Origin: Actinomycetes bacterium
GTDB lineage: Bacteria; Actinomycetota; Thermoleophilia; RBG-16-64-13
Length of the DNA stretch: 64,000 nucleotides
NCBI GenBank assembly: GCA_024637035.1
Contig: JAGXFW010000008.1
Coordinates: 79,981-143,980 of the forward strand
Reading direction: 5' to 3'
Below the pieces are notes generated by a model, which had not been told where the DNA came from, made no database searches, and saw only the letters and a list, made by a program, of their open reading frames with translations. The translations under genes were made by a program, and so were the position numbers. Positions 62,429-64,000 of this stretch are shown here, piece by piece (within the stretch, counting starts at the first letter, position 1; each line of letters starts with the position of its first letter).

Positions 62429-63166
62429 ATGCCCGCGCAGCGACTGCTCACCTACGCCGAGTACCTCTCCATGACCGACAAATACGCGAAGGCGATCCAG
62501 TACCTGCTGACCGCCAAGGGCGACGAGGACACCGCAGCCACCGCAGCCTACCAGGCTCGGCTCACGCGAGACCAGCTGGTCGCGTTCGCCGCGGTCGACG
62601 AGTACAAGATCACGGCCGACCTGGACGACGCCGTGGGTGCCGTCGTGACGGCGATCGAGCGCGAGAGCGATCTGGTGAGCTACTTCGCGAACTTCAACAG
62701 CTCCGTGCTGGGACACCTCGCCCAAGACCTGAACACCTGGCTCACCATCGGGGCGCTTCGAGTCCACCACTACTGGAGGCGGGGCGGCAACTCGAGTATC
62801 CAGGCGGCCAACGTCTTCCCGCCCGTCACAGCGCTCGGCTCCTTCGTGGTCTCGGGGGCAGGCGCCGGGACATACACGGACGGTGCGGTCGTCGATACCA
62901 CGCTCTATGGCGGGGCCCAGGTCCAGCTCGAGGTGACGGGCAACCCGATCGGCGCCGCCAACATCACCGCGACCGTATCCTGCGTACACGCCAGCGGCAC
63001 CCTAGAGGACATTGTCGGGGTGATCCCATTGGGCTCGATCGTCGGGGCCAAGGTGGCGCTCGGCGACGCAGCGGACCGCGTGGTCAACGTCACCAACATC
63101 GCCATTACCGGCGGCACGGCGGCCGACGCGTTCAAGGTCCAGACCATGGAGGATCGGACGATCTGA
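62429..63166 (+). CDS. Hypothetical tail-module protein
   Basis: AGGAGGA before the ATG. Gene order. Confidence 0.5.
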   Translation: MPAQRLLTYAEYLSMTDKYAKAIQYLLTAKGDEDTAATAAYQARLTRDQLVAFAAVDEYKITADLDDAVGAVVTAIERESDLVSYFANFNSSVLGHLAQDLNTWLTIGALRVHHYWRRGGNSSIQAANVFPPVTALGSFVVSGAGAGTYTDGAVVDTTLYGGAQVQLEVTGNPIGAANITATVSCVHASGTLEDIVGVIPLGSIVGAKVALGDAADRVVNVTNIAITGGTAADAFKVQTMEDRTI

Positions 63167-63393
63167 TGAGCGCAAAGAAACCGACAGATAGAGGCCCGGA
63201 GCTTCTGCTCACCTTCACAGGAGAGGCTTCCGGCGGGACCCGCTACACCTGGGACGGCGGCGAACGGACGCTCGAGCGCGGCATGGGCGTGACGGTGGCT
63301 ACGCGCCGCCGGCGCGACAGGCTTGAGCCCACAGAGACGCACTTCGCCGCTCTCGTCCGTGCCGGGGACGCTGTCCTCGAGGCGCAGGAGTGA
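63166..63393 (+). CDS. Hypothetical small protein
   Basis: ATGA overlap at both ends. 75 aa. Confidence 0.4.
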   Translation: MSAKKPTDRGPELLLTFTGEASGGTRYTWDGGERTLERGMGVTVATRRRRDRLEPTETHFAALVRAGDAVLEAQE

Positions 63394-64000
63394 TGCGAGT
63401 CTGTTTCGTCGTCGGTCACGAGGACACACCCGAGGCCTACTGGAGAGTCCTCCTGCCGTCTCGGAGCCTTGGCGCGCACGCGGTCGCCATCGACGGCACG
63501 GCTGCTCGGGCCACAGCTCTCGCGGCCGACGTCCTGTGGATCCACCAACCGACCAGCATCGCGGCCGCGGATTTGGCAGAGAAAGCGCGTGCGCGAGGTG
63601 GCGCGGTAGTGGTAGATATGTCGGAAGACCCGTGGCGTCGCACCGAATGCGATCAGTCGTATAACGCGGTGCGGATCGAGTCGTGTGAGCGGGCCTTGGA
63701 TGCCGCGCACTTGGTGGTACTGGCCATGGATCAGCTCGAGGAGCCATTCGCGGCTTACGATGCCAGGGTGGTGAAGACGGTCATACCCACAGCAGGGTGG
63801 GAGGTCCGCACGCCTCTGGTGCCGGCAACCATCTCTTGGTGGAGCGACGGACGGCAACGCCGAGGCCTCGAGGGCGTGGCCGACGAGATCATAGCGGTCA
63901 TCGACAGGAAGCCGGAAGTCAAGATCCGGCATATTCAGTACGCCCACTTCAAGGCTCTGACGTCCGATCTCACGGATAGTGAGACAAAGGCAGATCGATC
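63393..64000 (+). CDS. Hypothetical protein, 3' end outside window
   Basis: ATG 63393 overlaps the upstream TGA. The frame stays open to the window end (my own translation). Not in the track. Confidence 0.5.
   Translation, partial: MRVCFVVGHEDTPEAYWRVLLPSRSLGAHAVAIDGTAARATALAADVLWIHQPTSIAAADLAEKARARGGAVVVDMSEDPWRRTECDQSYNAVRIESCERALDAAHLVVLAMDQLEEPFAAYDARVVKTVIPTAGWEVRTPLVPATISWWSDGRQRRGLEGVADEIIAVIDRKPEVKIRHIQYAHFKALTSDLTDSETKADR

Larger units (their letters stand above)
17550..64000. mobile_element. Integrated element / prophage; the left boundary is uncertain and the right end lies beyond the window
   Basis: Serine recombinase, CI/Cro switch, early recombination/replication genes and a full head-to-tail late module all lie here. 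Lower-GC accessory patches are present. The break in the SSB gene falls near 17550. Confidence 0.7.

Noticed and set aside
63393-64000. The partial last ORF as a glycosyltransferase (MRVCFVVGHED start resembles GT-B N-termini).
   Set aside because: The similarity is limited to a few residues, and the gene is truncated by the window edge.

Overview
This is a high-GC, actinobacterium-like chromosome segment. All functional calls come from reading motifs by eye; no database search was possible. Positions 1-17.3 kb look like ordinary chromosome. They carry an anaerobic-type cobalamin cluster (cbiT-L-F-G, a cbiH/cbiJ fusion, an archaeal-type cobT-like gene, cobS, a CbiR-like gene), ku, an OsmC-family gene, a YdiJ-like FAD/Fe-S oxidase, a KamA-family radical SAM enzyme and a ClC channel. 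From about 17.4 kb to the window end the DNA is integrated and mobile. It starts with an SSB gene remnant, a HEPN-like ORF, a large serine recombinase and a hybrid histidine kinase. Next comes a visibly lower-GC accessory block (22.7-30.5 kb) with an MmeI-family Type IIL R-M operon and a repressor-linked cassette of uncharacterised nuclease, membrane and zinc-ribbon proteins. A CI/Cro-type switch follows (30.7-31.4 kb), then early genes (candidate annealing protein, SbcCD-like, VRR-NUC, a replication organiser with internal iterons). The rest is a siphovirus-like late operon: ParB-methylase, terminase, portal, MuF fusion, XkdF-type protease, scaffold, HK97-fold capsid, connectors, a chaperone with a -1 frame extension, and a tape measure. 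I saw no rRNA, tRNA or CRISPR array. The best candidate for an undescribed system is the cassette at 27.2-30.5 kb, downstream of the CI-like repressor. The XRE / HEPN-like / MmeI-like / small-TM operon at 22.7-26.9 kb comes second. Many long ORFs in the track are antisense shadows of real genes and were ignored.
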